Origin: Okamejei kenojei
Taxonomy: Eukaryota
Direction: 5' to 3'
NCBI GenBank assembly: GCA_035221665.1
Contig: CM069138.1
Span: 50,344,001 to 50,408,000, forward strand
DNA: 64,000 nucleotides
Shown here: piece by piece, positions 1 to 12,536 of the stretch
Position numbering within the stretch: the first letter of the stretch is position 1
How the letters are laid out: the number at the start of each line of letters is the position of its first letter
The notes under the pieces: generated by a model
Seen by the model: only the letters and a program-made list of their open reading frames with translations
Databases searched by the model: none
What the model was told of the DNA's origin: nothing
Position numbers and translations under genes: made by a program

Positions 1-386
1 GATTTGTTACTAACACCTACGAGAGAGAAGCGAGTGTCACCAAACTTCTGAATTCTCTGGGGTGGAACCCTCTCCAAGACAGACGTGAAGCTCACCGTTT
101 GACCTATTTTTACAAAATGTTAAATGGTCAGCTAGACATAGATCACAAGACCTACACCAACCCCAAACCAATTTGGAGCAGACGAGGGCATTCGATCCAA
201 TTTGTGGTCCCAGCCACAAAGACAGATGTGTACAGCAATTTGTTCTTCCCACGCACAATTAAAGCATGGAATAATCTCCACCAAACCACAGTTGCCCAGC
301 CAGATGCAACTAAATTTAAAGTGGCACTTTCTTCCCAATAACCCTCTCTGGCTAATTTTGGAGGACCAAGTAACCAAGAACCAAGA
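1..386 (+). mobile_element. 3' end of a non-LTR retrotransposon (CR1-group/RTEX-like C-terminus; clade uncertain)
   Basis: ORF 99-341 ends ...RRGHSIQF...YSNLFFPRTIKAWNNL, a typical LINE ORF2 C-terminal motif. It is followed by a short (ACCAAGA)-like tail at ~365-386. Confidence 0.7.
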
Positions 387-897
387 AACCCCTCGCGACA
401 GCCACCACATGCCCCCCGGGGTCAGCGCTGTTTGGCCACAGCCGCCCTCTGCCCACCTTCCCCCTGTGCGGCCGCTCTGTAACAGGCTGTGGGTCAACAG
501 CGCCCACACACGGGGCCAGGTGGAGCGGGGCCGCAGCTCCGGGCAGCAGACAAACGGGGACGAAAACCCAGCAATGTCCCCGTCAGCTACAGCAGAGTTG
601 GGGACAGTCTGGTCCCTCCGCCCACCCAGAGTCACTGACCACGCTGCACTGGCACCCCGACCCCCGTCCCCAGCCGCGGGGATAGACAGCCTGGGGTCCA
701 CGTGTGTGGAACCAGTCAGCGTCGAGTCCGCATGCTGGGACAGAAGAGGTCTGTCTGTACTGGCAGCCATAGTAAGTACTTACCTGACGTCACTGCGTGT
801 ACTCCAGAAGGCATTGCGTGGCATCAGTACGGGTAACCCAAAAACATCCGGCCCGCAGGCGTTTTTTTTTTTTCACTTCGTTTTTGCGACCAGCAAA

Positions 898-1051
898 CTG
901 CAGCCAGTCCCAGGGCATGCAGGCGACCTGGGCGTTACAGCCAGTCCTGGGGCATGCAGCCGACCTGGGAACTGCAGCCAGTTCAGGGGCATGCGAGGGA
1001 TCTGGGAACTGCAGCTAGTCCCGGGGCATGCGAGGGATCTGGGAACTGCAG
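898..1051. repeat. 37-bp minisatellite, about 4.2 copies
   Basis: Units ctgcagccagtcccggggcatgc(a/g)ngggatctgggaa start at 898, 935, 972 and 1009, with a partial unit at 1046. No spacers between units. Confidence 0.9.
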
Positions 1052-1182
1052 AAAACTAATTGAAAAACACATGAAAACTAATGTGAAAAACAACATTGTT
1101 ACACTAATTAGTATGTATTATTACTAATGTATGTATTATTAGTATGTATTATTACTAATTACTAATTTAGTTAGTATGTATT

Positions 1183-1912
1183 ATGGCGGCGCCTCACGGC
1201 AGTGGCCCCTACAGTCCGTCTGTCCTTTTTTAAATTTTTGTCCAGTCAATGTGTAGTTTGTTGTGGTTTTTATATTGTTTTTAACTGTGTATATGTGGGG
1301 GGTGGGGGGGGAAACTTTTAAATCTCTTCCCTGCACTGGAGACCCGACCTTATCCCTGTCGGGTCTCCGTCGTTGGGGCCTAGCACCGTGGAGCGGCCTC
1401 CAGCCGGAACGACCTGGGGGCTCCAGTTGCAGAGCCTGCGGACTTACCGTCGTGGGGCTGGCCAGCCTCAGCTGTGGGGAGCTGTGGTGGCGCGCAGCTG
1501 TGGCCAGACTTAGGGGCTTCGGAGGCTCCAGTCGCAGGCCCGGTGGACAGTGACATCGGGAGCTCGCGACCCTGGTGGGAGACTGCATTTCAGTGCTCCC
1601 GTGGCGGCAGCTTCTCCCGCCTGAGTTGCGGGGCTGAAAACGACCCGGAGCAGGGCCTGACATCGCCCGGCGTGGCTTGAACGGCCGCGGGACCTACCTT
1701 CGCCCACCGGGGTCTTTAACATCGGGAGAGGATGGAGAGCAGGGGAGAGACAAGACTTTGCCTTCCATCACAGTGAGGAGGAGATTCACTGTGATAGATG
1801 TCTGTGTGAATTGAGTTGGTTGTGTATCTTGAATTGTTTCTTGTTGTATGGCTGCAGAAACCAAAGTTCCTAATGGAAAAATAAAGTTCATTGTATTGTA
1901 TTGTATTGTATT
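1183..1912 (+). mobile_element. Non-autonomous, non-coding LINE-mobilised element (copy 1)
   Basis: Colinear with the reverse complement of 11108-11897. Ends in AATAAA plus a (TTGTA)n tail and has internal hairpins. No credible ORF. Confidence 0.8.
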
Positions 1913-3269
1913 ACCTCCATTTATTAAACATGGCGATAGATGTGGTGTACCATGGGACATTCTGGCCAGCATGGACTAGTTGGGCTGAAGGGCCTGTTTC
2001 TGTGCTGTATTACTATGACTCCAACCGCACAACTAATTTGATCTGCATATGATGCCCCCTACTTTTCAACCTATGTTGTGTCAATTTTATTTGTATCTAT
2101 TACAAAATTCCAGTTTGACTTGTATTATGCAAGTGCATAAAAATGTCTGGAATTCTAATCCTTCAAACTATTTGTTCGAGATGAATTTGTGTTCGGAATC
2201 ACACAAAAATGAGAAATATTTTCAGAGAATGAGGGGAGGGTATTGTTCCCCTGTTTCCTTTAATTTAGGAGTTACTGAGTTTAAGAACACAAACGCCCTG
2301 TGTCACAGAGGGTGTGTTCGTCCACTAATGTCTCTCAGTCAGTAACAACAGGATCACGGTGCTATAGAGGGCGCAATAATTCTAGCCTCCCTTCTGCTCT
2401 CTGCACTTCCACATACTTAACCATTGCAACTCTAATGATAATTTATGGAGTAACTCTTCTCAATTATGTCAAAATAAAGAATTTGCTCATAAGACATAGA
2501 ACCATACAGTACAGCACAGGAACAGGCCCTTTGGCCCACAATGTACATGCCAAACATGATGCCAGGTTAAACTAAATCAAACCTGCCCACCGAACTGGGA
2601 AAGAGATTAAATAGCAGGTCCTCACAGCTTGTAATCTCAGACCTAGTCCCGTTAATACTTTCAGAAAAGCAGAAGGATAAAGCCGATACACACACAGCTG
2701 GAAAGATGGCGAATCAAGCAAGATGGCATTGGAGCATAGTGACTCTTTGCATGCTGGGCCAAGAATTGAATCTACTATCATTCGATACATTCGCTCCACT
2801 CTTTTAAATCTCTCCTTATTGTACTTGCGTATGGCTTGATTAAATTAATCTATAATATTATCTGATTTAATTGGATTGCAGGCAAACAGCAGCTTTTCAC
2901 TGAATGTTGGTACACGTGACAATAATATACCAATACCAAAGAAATCTACGGAAGAAAGGGGTTTTGATTTCTGATGAAGTGGAAGCACATTGAGGTCGCT
3001 GCACAGATTCGATGTGTTTTACCTCAGCATGGCTGATATTAATTTATTTGTAGGCACATTTGCTCGCGCTATTAGAGAGGGATTAAACGAGTTCAGTCTG
3101 CCGATGGGGATTGCCTCTTCAGTGAGAATTGAGGAAGGAGAGAGATAAAGCAAGAAGGGGAAGTTAGAAAATCAGCAAGTTGTATCATCACCTCTTTAGG
3201 ACATGATATATTCACTAGTCTTACTTTGATGAGATGTAATTCTGCTGAGGGCTGTTTTCAATAAATGAC

Positions 3270-3560
3270 TGGACATAGACCATAGAAAAGTACAGCACAG
3301 GGACAGGCCCTTTGGTCCACAATGTCTGTGCCGAACATGACGCCAAGTTAAAATAATCACCATTGCCTGCACGTGACCCATATCCCTCCATTTCCTGCAT
3401 ATCCATGTGCCTATCTAAAAGCCTCTTAAATGCCACTATCATAACCACCTCTAACACCACCGCTGGCAGCAGGTTCCAGCACTCGCCACTCTCTGTGTAA
3501 AAAAAACGCGCCCCGCACATCTCCTTTAAACTTTGCGCCTCTCACCTTAAACATGCATTT
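3270..3560 (-). mobile_element. CR1/HER1 LINE 3' fragment
   Basis: Minus-strand translation ...FFYTES..WNLLPAVVLE...FKRLLDRHMD..MEGYG, plus a 3'UTR with the gggcctgt motif and ctatg tail. Confidence 0.8.
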
Positions 3561-3824
3561 ACGGAGGATGATGAACAGTGTATAAGGTAAATAAAGGTTT
3601 TTTTTTACTTCAGACTTGCTCAACCTCTTACAGTTTTGAAATCCAAACTAAACAAGAGTGGTGTTACACCCAGCACACATGATCTGATGTGACATAGCTG
3701 GCCTTTTTAAGAGTTAAATATCACTGTGAATCTCTCCTGTGCTTGGGGCTAGTAGAAGCTATATAAGCATCACAGCCTTGATGCTTCCCCCCTGGTTCAG
3801 AGATAATTACATCTAATTATGAAA

Positions 3825-4182
3825 AGGACACAATGTGCTGGAGTATCTCAGTGGGTCAGGCAGCATCTCTGGAGAACATGGATAGGTGACATCTCGGATC
3901 GGGACCCTTCTTCAGACTGATTATAGCTGTGGGGGAGACAAAGTCTGCCAAGTGAGACATCTATCCATGTCCTCCAGAGATGCGACCTGACTCGCTGAGT
4001 TAATCCAGCACTTTGTGTCTTTTTTGTAAACCAGCATCTACAGTTCCTTGTGTCTAAACCTAATTGAAACTTTGGCTCAGTCAGCTGTCCATTCCCTCTG
4101 TAGACGCTGACTGACCTGCTGAGTTCCTCCAGCACTTTGTGTTTTGCTCCAGATTCCAGCATCTGCAGTTCCTTGTGTCTTC
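3825..4182. mobile_element. Penelope-derived short fold-back plus a second pLTR tail fragment
   Basis: gtgctggagtatctcagtgggtcaggcagcatctctggag ... ctccagagatgcgacctgactcgctgagttaatccagcac is an inverted pair homologous to the pLTR ends of the Penelope copies at 12206 and 28666. Confidence 0.75.
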
Positions 4183-5191
4183 AAACCAAATTGATTATTT
4201 GGCTCGAGTCTTGACGACAAAGATTTGGGAAAGATCAGAATTCCTTTATGACAGATGCCTTTGACTATATTCTCTTGTTTTGCACTGTGGTTAAAACAGT
4301 GCAGAGAGAAAATAATACTTTTATATTTTTGATGAGCTGCTTTCTTGAACCACCAGTCCTCCTAGTGAAGGGACAAGGAATTGCAATTGGCCAGGAAGTT
4401 CCAGGATATCTGGGCTGGCAGGTTTGAATTATAAGAAGTTGGATAGGCTCGGTCTATTTTCTCTAGAACGTAGGAGGCTGAAGGAAGACCTTATCAAGGT
4501 GTAAGACCATGAGGAGCACAGATAAAGTGAACGCTCACAGTCTTTTTCTCCAGGGTGGAAGATTCTAAAATTAGAGGGCTGAAGTGGTTAAAAGTGAGAG
4601 GGGAGAGATATAAGTGGAACCACAGGGAAAATTTACTCAGAGTGTAGTTTGTATTTAGAACAAGCTGCCAGAGGAAGGTAGAACTCCTCCTTAAGTTTGT
4701 TTTTGGCTTCAGATTACAAATACACACACATTTCCTCATTGGCACACGTGCACTTGTGCACCATGCACACTTGTACACACCACCCACACTCACAGCACAC
4801 TCATCCTCCCTCCCCTTTGCTCTATCTAGAGTGATTGAGTTTGACCTGATTATATCTGTTTGGATAACATGCAGAACAAAGAGATGGCACAGGCAGATAC
4901 AATTACTAAATGTGAAAGGTACTTGGATAGAAAATGCTTAAGTATATGAACCTAGTGTAGGGATTAGTACAGATGGGCATTAGGGTTTGCAATGCTGAGA
5001 TGGGCTGAAAGGGCCCGTTTCTGTGCTGCACAATTCTATGACACATTAGGTTTAAGGAGTGTTTGTGAGTTCTGGATTCCTGACTTGGTTTTAATTTGTG
5101 TTGACAAATGCTCGACAGTAAATGGGTGTGGACTGAAGAAATATAAAGGCAGCTCTCAGATTAATATCTTTTGAAGAGACCTACTTGTGAG

Positions 5192-5411
5192 ATAAACATA
5201 AAAAGCTGGAGTAACTCAGCGGGACAGGCAGCATCTCTGGAGAGAAGGAATGGGTGACATTTCAGCTCGAGACCCTTCTTCAGACTCGTCTCGACCGGAA
5301 ACATCACCCATTCCTTCTCTCCAGAGATGCTGCATGTCCCGCTAAGTTACTCCAGCTTTTTGTGTCTATCTTCGGTTTAAACCAGCATCTGCAGATCCGT
5401 CTTACATACTT
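5192..5411. mobile_element. Penelope-derived fold-back with hammerhead-like core
   Basis: Inverted arms surround gagacccttcttcagactcgtctcgaccggaaac. Flanked by a cttgtgag direct repeat (5184-5191 and 5412-5419). Confidence 0.8.
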
Positions 5412-6184
5412 CTTGTGAGTTTTGCTGTGTTCCCCTGTGACTTTATTACTGATAACAACCGCATAAATATTGCTCATGCCAAAATTCCTTCATTATTTTA
5501 GCGTTGATTGGCCTGGTGGTAAGATTTCTGTGGTTGCGATCTCAGGTGACTAAATGTTTAAGGCGTCTCCTTTAGTTACCGGAGAGAACAAAAGCATTTC
5601 TGGCATCCACCAGTGCACCACTCCCAGAAACTCTCTGTGGAATGAGAAACTTTGTAAGAATTGTATCAAATGCCTGACTCACGTTGTCCAAAAATTAAAT
5701 ACCTTACTATCTCATTGGCTCCCCTGAGGGGAGTAAAGGCGGACGGGCGAGGAGAGGACTCGGTTGCTAGGCGACCGTGGAAGGTGACAGCTGAAGCCTG
5801 GGGCTTGCCTGAATCGGGCACCGCTCTCAACAACTGGAGCATGGACTGGACTTGGAAAATGGAGCCAAACATGGCGTCTCTTGTATGTGGGCTCAGTAGA
5901 CAAATTTTTACAACTGCTAATCGGGGGTGGTATGGTGATACTCTTCTTGACTGTTTCTCAGAAAAGAACACATGTGACAAGAAAACATCATTGAACAATC
6001 GGGTCAACTAGCTGGTTTCAGTGACAATGCCTATCTCAAGCCCACTCTAATAAAGATCGCACTAGGGGCTGTAAAAATTGAATAGCTGCTGATTAAAACA
6101 GCAAAGGATTCAGTAGCTGCTACATTGCCCAGATAGTGGCTGGAATGTGCAATTTGTTAACAGTTAGTATATTGTGTTCAGTCA

Positions 6185-7075
6185 CCCTGTTATAGGTGAG
6201 ATTTTGTTAAGATGGAAAGTGTGCAGAGAAGATTTGCGAGGATGTTGCCAGGATTCGAGGGCCTGAGCTACCAGGTGAGGTTGAGCAGTCTGGGACTTTA
6301 TTCCTTGGCGCGCAGGGGGATGAGGGGTGACCTCAATAGGAACTTCTACAGATGCGCCATAGAAACCATTTTGTCGGGATGCATCACAGCATGGTTTGGG
6401 AACAGCTCCATCCAAAACCGCAAGAAATTGCAGAGAATTGTGGACGCAACCCATCACACAAACCAACCTCCCTTCTATTGACTCCATTTATAGTTCACAC
6501 TTCCTCGGCAAGGTCACCAGAATAATCAAGGATGAGTCTCACCCCGTCCACTCCCTCTTCTTCCCGCTCCCATCAGGCAAGAGGTACAGAAGTGTGGAAA
6601 CACACATCTTCCGTTTCTTTCCAGCTTTATCAGGCAAATGAACCATTTTACTAACAACCAGAGAGTGGTCCAGAGCCACTATCTAACTCAATGGAGACCC
6701 CGGACTATCTTTAATCGGACTTAACTGAACTTTATTTTGCACTAAACATCATTCCCTTTATCCTGTGGATAGCTCGATTGTAATCATGCATTGTCTTACT
6801 GGTTAGCATGCAACAAAAGCTTTTCACTGCACCTCAGTACACGTGACAATAAACTAAACTAGCTAACTAAACTGAGGGCAACTCTTTTACACAAAAGGTG
6901 GTAGGCATATGGAACGAGCTGCCAGAGGAGGTAGTTGAGGCAAGCACTATCATAACATTTAAAATACCATTTGGACAGGTACCTGGATTGAAAGGTTAGA
7001 GGGATATGGGCCAAAAACAGGTAGGAGGAGCTCATGCATATGGGACATGTTGGTCAACATAGGCAAGTTGGGGCT
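6185..7075 (+). mobile_element. CR1 fragment interrupted by a Rex1/Babar-type 3' fragment (~6338-6872)
   Basis: ESVQRRFARMLPGFEGLSY (CR1) switches to NFYRCAIETILSGCITAWFG (Rex/Babar), which ends in tgacaataaactaaact. CR1 resumes at ~6875. Confidence 0.75.
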
Positions 7076-7186
7076 GTTCCCACAAGTGAGCAGGGGAGAT
7101 AAAATACTGTAAAGCTCTCTCAGCTAAAATGTTCTAGAGCCCTAGTGAAAGGAGGTTTATATGCAGCAGAGGTGTTGGGACACAAA

Positions 7187-7470
7187 GGGGTGCCAGTAGT
7201 GCAACTGGTAGAGCTTCTGCCTTCCTGTACCAGAGACCTGGGTTCCATCTTGACATCGGATGCTGTCTGTGTGAAGTTTGCACGTTCTCCCTGCGACCGC
7301 ATGGGTTTTCATCAGATGCTCCAAAAGGCATGCGGGTTTGTATTTATTGCCCATCGTGTGTAGGAATTGGATGAGAAAGTGGGATGATATAGAACCAGTG
7401 TGAGTGGATGATCAATGGCCGGCATGATCTGGGTGGGCCGACGTGCCTCTTTGCATGCTCTGCATCTTTT
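7187..7470 (+). mobile_element. HE1/V-SINE (tRNA-derived)
   Basis: tRNA-like head (gtagtgcaactggtagag...ggttccatc) and V-domain (tgtgtgaagtttgcacgttctccctgcgaccgcatgggttt). Confidence 0.75.
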
Positions 7471-7549
7471 AAGCGTTCAAGCAACAACAAACAATGTTGC
7501 TGGGCTGGATGGCTGCTCTCACTGCTCTTATTCCATTTAGTTGCAAGTG

Positions 7550-8602
7550 AGTGGTTTTGCAGCTAGTGAAGATGGTTGCGAAAGATTGCAGCAGGATCTG
7601 GATCGATTGGCCAGGTGGGCGGAGGAATGGTCAATGGAATTTAATACAGAGAAGTGTTAGGTATTGCATTTTGGGACGTTGAACAAGGGCAGGACCTACA
7701 CAGTAAATGGTAGGCCTCTGGGTAGCGTTGTAGAGCAGAGGGACCTAGTGCAGGTGTATGATTCCTTGAAAGTCGAGTTGCAGGTAGATAAGGTGGTCAC
7801 AATGGCTTTTGGCATTTTGGCCTTCATCGGTCAGAATAATGCGTATAGAAGTTGCAGTTTTATAAGACGTTGGTGAGACTGCATTTCGAATATTGTGTTC
7901 AGTTCTGGACACCATGTAATAGGAAAGATATTGTCAAGCTTGAAAGGGTTCAGAAAAGATTTACAAGGATGTTGCCAGGACTAGAGGGTGCGAGCTATAG
8001 GGAGAGATGAGTAGGCTGGGTATCTATTCCATGGAGCGTAGGGGGATGAGGGGGATCTTATAGAGGTGTGCAAAATCATGAGAGGAATAGATCGGGTAGA
8101 TGCACAGAGTCTCTTGCCCAGAGTAGGGGAATCGAGGACCAGAACACATAGGTTCAAGGTGAAGGGGAAACGATTGAGTAGGATTCCGAGGGGTAACATT
8201 TTCACACAAAGGGTGGTGGGTGTATGGAACAAGCTGCCCGAGGAGGTATTGAGGCTGGGACAATCCCATTGTTTAAGAGACAGTTATACAGGTACATGGA
8301 TAGTACAGATTTGGAGGGATATGGACCAAGCACAGGCAAGTGGGACGTGTAGCAGGGACATTGTTGGCCGGTGTGTGCAAGTTGGGCCGAAGGGCCTGTT
8401 TCCACACTGTATTCAAGAGAGAGCTAGATAGGGCTCTTAAAAATAGCGGAGTCAGGGGATATGGTGAGAAGGCAGGAACGGGGTACTGATTGGGGATGAT
8501 CAGCCATGATCACATTGAATGGCGGTGCTGGCTCGAAGGGTCGAATGGCCTACTCCTGCCTATTGTCTATTGTCTATTATCACTCTGTGACTCTATGACT
8601 CT
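7550..8602 (+). mobile_element. CR1/HER1 LINE, 5'-truncated, with a second CR1 3' end (~8412-8577) inserted in its tail
   Basis: ORF2 C-terminal fragments (HFGTLN...LGSVVEQRDL; RGIDRVD...TRTHRFKVKG...FTQRVVGVWN). Two different tails, (TATTGTC)n and (CTATGACT)n. Confidence 0.9.
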
Positions 8603-8875
8603 AAGTAAAAGGGACTGGATTTAGTTCTGCAGATTATCAGGTAGCTGAGCCAAAGAATGCAGTCGGGTTTTTTACGCATGACTCATAATGTATGTGAAAG
8701 ACGGTGGGACTCAGGAGCCTTTAGGGAACACCCATACCCATTAGGCAGGAATTTAGTCGTCCATCTTTGGGCTGCAGCCTCCCATTCCTCAGCAATTCCA
8801 GGGCACGTCGAGATACCCGTCAAACATTGTGAGAATGTCTGCCTTCACCACTTCATCAGACAATTTATTCACGAG

Positions 8876-9330
8876 AGTCAGGAGTGTTTAATTATTACAT
8901 GTACTGGAACAGAACAATGAATTATTACTTGCCGCAGCATAACAGGTTTGCAAACACTGAATAGATAACATAATAAACAAAATAAACCCAATATAGTGCA
9001 AAACAAAACAAAGCTCAAAGTCCCGAGTGCAACCGAGGCAGTTTGTAGTTCGGCCTGTAGTTGGAGTTCATTGTGTTCATTAGCCTGATAGTTGTTGAGA
9101 AGAAGCTGTTCCTGAAGCTGGACATTACAGTTTTCAAACATCTACACCTTCTTCCCGATGGCAGAAGTGAAATGGGAACGTGGCCAGGGTGATGTGGGTC
9201 CTTGATGACGTTGGCTTCCTTTTGAGGCAGCTCCTCCTATAGATCCCTTTGGTGGTGGGGACATCAGTACCCATGGTGGGCTGGGTAGTGTGCACTACAT
9301 TTTCAAATCTTCTTCATTCCTAGACATTTG
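8876..9330 (-). mobile_element. Rex1/Babar-type LINE 3' fragment
   Basis: Minus-strand 3' end (ttcattgttctgttccagtacatgtaataattaaacactc) and a degenerate ORF2 C-terminus. Confidence 0.6.
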
Positions 9331-10029
9331 TATTGCCAACCACTTCCCATAGAACAGCACAGCACAGGTCCAGATCCTTTGGACCACGATGTCTGTACCA
9401 AACATGATGTCAGGTTAAACTAATCTCCTCTGCCTGCACGTGATCCATATCCCTAAGATCATTAGGTTCCATAGAGACAGGTCTTTGGGGTTTAATGCAC
9501 AGGTACTTTTATGAATGCACAGAGTCTATTACCCAGAATAGGGTGGATCAAGAACCAGAGGACAGTAGTTTAAGGTGAAAGGGGAAAGATTTATTAGGAA
9601 ACCAACAGGTAACTTTTTACACCCAGGGTGGTAGGCGTATGGAGTAAGCTGCCAGAGGAGGTAATTGCGGCATATACTATAAAACATGTAAACACCATTT
9701 GGATGGGTACATGGGGATGAAAGGTGTGGAGGAATATGGGCCACATGCGGGCAGGTGGGACTAGCATAGTGAGACATCTTGGTCGGCATGGATGGGCTGA
9801 AGAATCTGTGCTGCATGACTCTATGACTCTAACTCAGCATTTATAACTAAAATTCATTACAAGAAGAAAATCTTACTGTGACTTAGAGGCCCAATCATTC
9901 ATGGTGTTTTTTGGAACTTAAGCATACTTGTTTTGTTTCTTGCACAATCTACCTATGAAAATAAATTGACAATGTCAGGAATGGTTGCACAAAAGTTTTT
10001 ATTAGCAAACTTAAGTCAATAGCACACAC

Positions 10030-10560
10030 TAGTTTCTCGGTCTGAAGAATTTGGGCTCAAGTAGCCCACTAAAGAAATGAGAATAACAATCAAGACTGAT
10101 CAAAATGAAGAGGAGTAGACCATGCCATTTGTTTAGCCAATGCAATTGTTTGCCTTTTGGGCGAATGCTAGGATTATATAGCATTATATATTTTTTTAAA
10201 GGAAAAGAGTTATGGCAAATATTATCCCTGGATCAATACTGCAAAATAAAAATCTAGACATTTTCACTTTGCCTTTCAGATACGGTTTTGTGCAAATTGG
10301 GTTGCTTCCTGCAACAATGACAAACGTTTAAAAGCTACTTCAGGAAACAAGGATGGGTGCTATTTCAGGTCAGGATTCTTCTTCAGACTGAGTCCCAACC
10401 TGAAATGTTGCCTATCTATGTTCTCCAGAGATGCGGCCTGACCCACTGAGTTACTCCAGCAATTTGTTTCTTATTTTGTAAACCAGCATCTGCACTGCAT
10501 TGTGTCTCCATTTAAGAGCTTCTTCATTCACTGAGCATGATTAGGGGTTGCCTCAGAAAG
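10030..10560 (+). mobile_element. Ancient SacSINE1/Deu-SINE-like copy interrupted by a Penelope fold-back (~10345-10510)
   Basis: Degenerate head (gtctgaagaatttgggctcaagtagcccact), Deu-domain remnant (ggcaaatattatccctggatcaatac) and tail (gtgcaaattgggttgcttcctgcaacaatgac). Confidence 0.5.
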
Positions 10561-11107
10561 GCCAGCATCATAATCAAGGACCAGTCTGATATTTCCTTTG
10601 TCCTGTATGTACAGTGATTGATTGTAATCATTTATAGTCATTTTGTTGACTGGATAGCACACAAAAAAAAAGCTTTTCGCTACATCTCAGTACACATGAC
10701 GATAATAAACGAAACTAAACAATCCAAAACTTGGAAAGATTCTGTATATAATAGAATACTTCCTTTGTTTGTTCACAACTCACACTTGAGGTATGTTTGA
10801 CAGTGATTTGAAAGCACATTGGATTCATTCTTGCCCAATTGATTGAAAAATACAGCAGGGAAACATGCCCTTCGGCCAACAAAGTCCATGCCCACCATTG
10901 ATCTCCCGTTCACACGAGTTCAATGTTATCCCACTTTTGCATCTACTCCCTACACACCAGGGGCAATTTCAGATTCAGTTTAGTTTATTGTCACGTGTAT
11001 ACCGAGGTACGGTGCCAGTCTGCGGAAAGACAATACAAGATTACAATCGAGTCATTTACAGTGTATAAATACATGATAAGGCAACGTTTAGTGCAAGATA
11101 AAGCCAG

Positions 11108-11897
11108 TACAATACAATACAATACCGTTTATTTGTCATTTGAATCTCAAATGAAGTTCAAACGAAATTTGGTTCCTGCACTCATTCAACAAGAAAAGAA
11201 CCAAGACATACACCAACACAATTTACACAAACATCCATCACAGTGAATCTCCTCCTCACTGTGATGGAAGGCAAAGTCTTGTCTCTCCCCGCTCTCCATT
11301 CTTCTCCCGATGTCAAAGTCAAAATTAAAGCCCCCCGCGGGCGATGGCAAGACCCGCGGCCATTTAAGGCTGCGCCGGGTGATGTAAGGCCCTGCTCCAG
11401 GTCACTTTCAACCCTGCAATTCGGGCAGCTGCCGTTGCGGGAGCAGCTGCCGTTGCGGGAGCACCGAAAAGCGGTCTCCCACCAGGGACCCGCGAGCTCC
11501 CAATGTCACCGTCCACTGGACCTACAACTGGAGCATCCGAGCTCCGGAGCTGGGCCGCAGCTGCGCGCCACCACAGCTCTCCATGCCAAGCGGCCAGCTA
11601 CATGATGGTAGGTCCGCAGCTCCGCCGGCTCCGTCACTGGAGCCCCTAAGTCGTTCCGGTTGGAGGCCGCTCCACGGTGCTAGGCCCCAATGACATTACG
11701 GGGGCCCGACAGGGAAATGGTCGGGTCCCCGTACAGGGAAGAGATTTAAAAGTTTCCCCCACCCACCACCCCGCCCCCCACACATACACAGTTAAAAGCC
11801 CACTACAAACTATACCCTCAACGGGACAAAAAAATAAGAAAAGACAGACGGTCTGCAGAGGCCGCTGAGACGTCGGTCGTGCCGCCCACCGGAACAT
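11108..11897 (-). mobile_element. Non-autonomous, non-coding LINE-mobilised element (copy 2), inserted in a Rex-type 3' fragment (~10975-12125)
   Basis: Reverse complement is colinear with 1183-1912. Tail (TACAA)n at 11109-11125 and Rex-type 3' stem (aaatttcgtttgaac...ttcaaatgacaaataaa). Confidence 0.8.
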
Positions 11898-12272
11898 AGT
11901 TCAGACAGTAAAGTCTGAACAAAGATAGTCTGTGGGTCATCAATGGGGTAGATAGTAGTTCAGGACTGCTCTCTGGTTATGGTAGGATGATTCAGTTGCC
12001 TGATAACAGCTAGGGAAAAACTGTTCCTGAATCTGCAGGAGTGCGTATTCACATCTATAGCTTTTGCCCGAAAGAAGAGGGGAGAAGAGGGAGTGGCCTG
12101 GGTGCGACTTGATTATGCTGCTGGTGGGTCCCCCTTTGTTCTCGACGGCTCCCCGCCAGGTCTCTAAACTAAACTGAACTAAACTAAACTAAACTGAACT
12201 GAACTGAGGGTACACAAAAAGCTGGAGAAACTCAGCGGGTGCAGCAGCATCTAAGGAGCGAAGGAGATAGGC

Positions 12273-12300
12273 GACGTTTCGGGTCGAGACCCTTCTTCAG
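12273..12300 (-). ncRNA. Minimal hammerhead ribozyme motif in Penelope pLTR
   Basis: Minus strand reads CTGAAGA-a-GGGTC-tc-GACCC-GAAAC-GTC: core boxes, stem II and palindromic ACGT stem III. Stem I is weak. Confidence 0.65.
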
Positions 12301-12536
12301 ACTGGTCAGGGATCAGGGAAACGAGAGATATAGACGGTGATGTGGAGAGATAAGGAACAATGAGTGAAAGATATGCAAAAAAGTATCGGTGATAAAGGGA
12401 ACAAGCCATTGTAAGCTGTTTGTGGTGTGAAAATGAGAAGCTAGTGCGACTGGGGTGGGGGAGGGAGATAGAGAGAGAGGGAATGCCAGGGCCCGAGGGC
12501 TGAGGGAGAGGTGGGAAGGGGAGGAGACAGCAAGGG

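Noticed and set aside
898-1051. CRISPR-like 37-bp repeats
   Set aside because: Units are directly adjacent with no spacers, there are no cas genes, and the context is vertebrate. It is a minisatellite.
132-1059. Long ORFs 202-1059 (+) and 132-770 (-)
   Set aside because: GC-rich and repeat-derived, they cross element boundaries and show no recognisable domain.
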